From contig DASUHD010000179.1 of assembly GCA_036273675.1 (NCBI GenBank), forward strand, positions 1 to 36,338: DNA of 36,338 nucleotides, in the 5' to 3' direction. Each line of letters begins with the position of its first letter. Position 1 is the first letter of the stretch. The stretch comes from Ktedonobacterales bacterium. Its GTDB lineage: Bacteria; Chloroflexota; Ktedonobacteria; Ktedonobacterales; JADMIN01. The notes beneath the pieces are model-generated. The model had not been told where the DNA came from and made no database searches. It was given only the letters and a program-made list of their open reading frames with translations. The position numbers were made by a program, and so were the translations under genes. Shown here piece after piece: positions 35,529 through 36,338 of the stretch.

Positions 35529-36338
35529 TCAGCCGCCATTGAACGTGGTGGCGAGGACCGCGGCAAAGACGACCAGCGCCGCGCAGGTGAAGAACAGCAC
35601 GATGGCCGCCGGGAGCAGCACGACAGCGACCGATTTACCCACGGTTAACCGCTGGCTGGCGGCGATGGCAAAGACCGCGAGGATGATCTCATAGATCCCC
35701 AGCGCGATGGACGCGATGCCTCCCAGAACGGGCAGAAGCCCCAGCAGCGCGGTGACAGCCTGGATGGGTACATAGAACAGCGCCATCGCATAGGACTGCT
35801 GCAGGAATGTGCCCGTGCCGCCGAAGATTTTGGCCACCAGAAACAGGATGGCGACGCCGATAAAGAAGGCCAGCGGCACCCAGATGATCGTGAACCAACT
35901 CACCCCTGTGGGGATATGCACTGTCGTCGTCGTTCCATCGGCCTGGGGAATCGAGATGTTCTGGATGGTATACAGCGAGGCGATGGCCCCGGTGATCGCC
36001 GACAGGATGCCCAGTCCTATCAGGCTGATCCAGATGTCACTCCAGTTCGCCGTTGGCAGCTCCTGGTTGAACGAGGCGACGCCTGGCTTCGTGGTGACAT
36101 TGATCCACTTTTGCCAGATATGGCTCATCCCGGCGGGGACGGGCTGGCCCAGCGGCGCTGCGTAGGCCGCGCCATACGCGCCTGCGCCGCCAGCCGCGCC
36201 GCCATATATGCCACTGGGGGGTGGAGGATACGCGCCAGTGGGTCCATTTTGCCCGCCATATCCCCCGCCGTACGGTTCAGATGGTCCCGCTGGCGGAGGG
36301 GCGCCGTAGGGTTCGTTGGGAGGCCTGTACGCGCCGGG
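35529..36338 (-). CDS. Yip1-domain membrane protein with Pro/Gly/Tyr-rich N-terminal region; 5' end beyond the window
   Basis: Five TM helices matching the Yip1 layout. The frame stays open upstream of the listed Met to the window edge, encoding ...PYGAPPPAGPSEPYGGGYGGQNGPTGAYPPPPSGIYGGAAGGAGAYGAAYAAPLGQ, typical of the Yip1 N-terminal low-complexity region. Confidence 0.7.
   Translation of the reverse strand, partial: PGAYRPPNEPYGAPPPAGPSEPYGGGYGGQNGPTGAYPPPPSGIYGGAAGGAGAYGAAYAAPLGQPVPAGMSHIWQKWINVTTKPGVASFNQELPTANWSDIWISLIGLGILSAITGAIASLYTIQNISIPQADGTTTTVHIPTGVSWFTIIWVPLAFFIGVAILFLVAKIFGGTGTFLQQSYAMALFYVPIQAVTALLGLLPVLGGIASIALGIYEIILAVFAIAASQRLTVGKSVAVVLLPAAIVLFFTCAALVVFAAVLATTFNGG

Noticed and set aside
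1-36338. CRISPR arrays, transposases, integrases, phage structural genes
   Set aside because: Searched for regularly spaced 25-40-bp direct repeats and for DDE/tyrosine-recombinase-like ORFs on both strands. None found. The only repeats are short tandem units and GC-rich hairpins, listed separately.

Overview
This 36.3-kb, high-GC (about 63-65%) stretch looks like bacterial chromosomal DNA. It is gene-dense, with strong GGAGG-type ribosome-binding sites and some TTG/GTG starts. The style resembles a Chloroflexota (Ktedonobacteria-like) or Actinomycetota genome, but that assignment is low confidence. I see no rRNA, tRNA, CRISPR array, transposase or integrase. About 36 CDS are supportable, in four blocks. 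(1) An envelope and membrane-stress neighbourhood at 1-13.5 kb. It holds an AIM24/TIGR00266 protein, two paralogous DUF6325-like proteins, a PLDc_N mini-membrane protein, a formylglycine-generating enzyme, HdeD/DUF308, an SPFH/band-7 protein, an HtrA-like S1C protease, and a DUF1269 - DUF6325-like - SHOCT operon. (2) A regulatory island at 13.8-26.7 kb. It holds three sensor histidine kinases (GAF; MASE1-PAS-HisKA_3; PAS-GAF), two NarL/LuxR-type response regulators, and a 781-aa MalT-like (LAL) LuxR regulator. These are separated by unusually long, lower-GC noncoding spacers. (3) A Cys-type arylsulfatase (CSPTR motif) whose maturase, the formylglycine-generating enzyme, lies about 25 kb away, with DUF1345, DUF4239, RDD, PRC-barrel and Yip1 membrane proteins around it. 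(4) Non-coding and structural signals. A rearrangement scar (7.0-8.5 kb): a 166-bp internally stop-containing copy of part of the 8456-9535 membrane-protein gene, next to a response-regulator receiver remnant cut off exactly at its phospho-acceptor Asp. Several perfect 12-bp-stem hairpins in long 5' regions. A family of CCCTCCC/GGGAGGG GC-rich hairpins in a convergent spacer. Short tandem direct repeats (9 bp x4, 8 bp x6, 11 bp x2, 13 bp x2) immediately upstream or downstream of genes. Two GCATGC-core 12-bp palindromes upstream of a response regulator and of the sulfatase. No single element can be proven to be a new system from sequence alone. The best candidates are the recurrent DUF6325-like partner module, the orphan-kinase/LAL regulatory island, and the repeat-decorated small-gene cluster upstream of the sulfatase.
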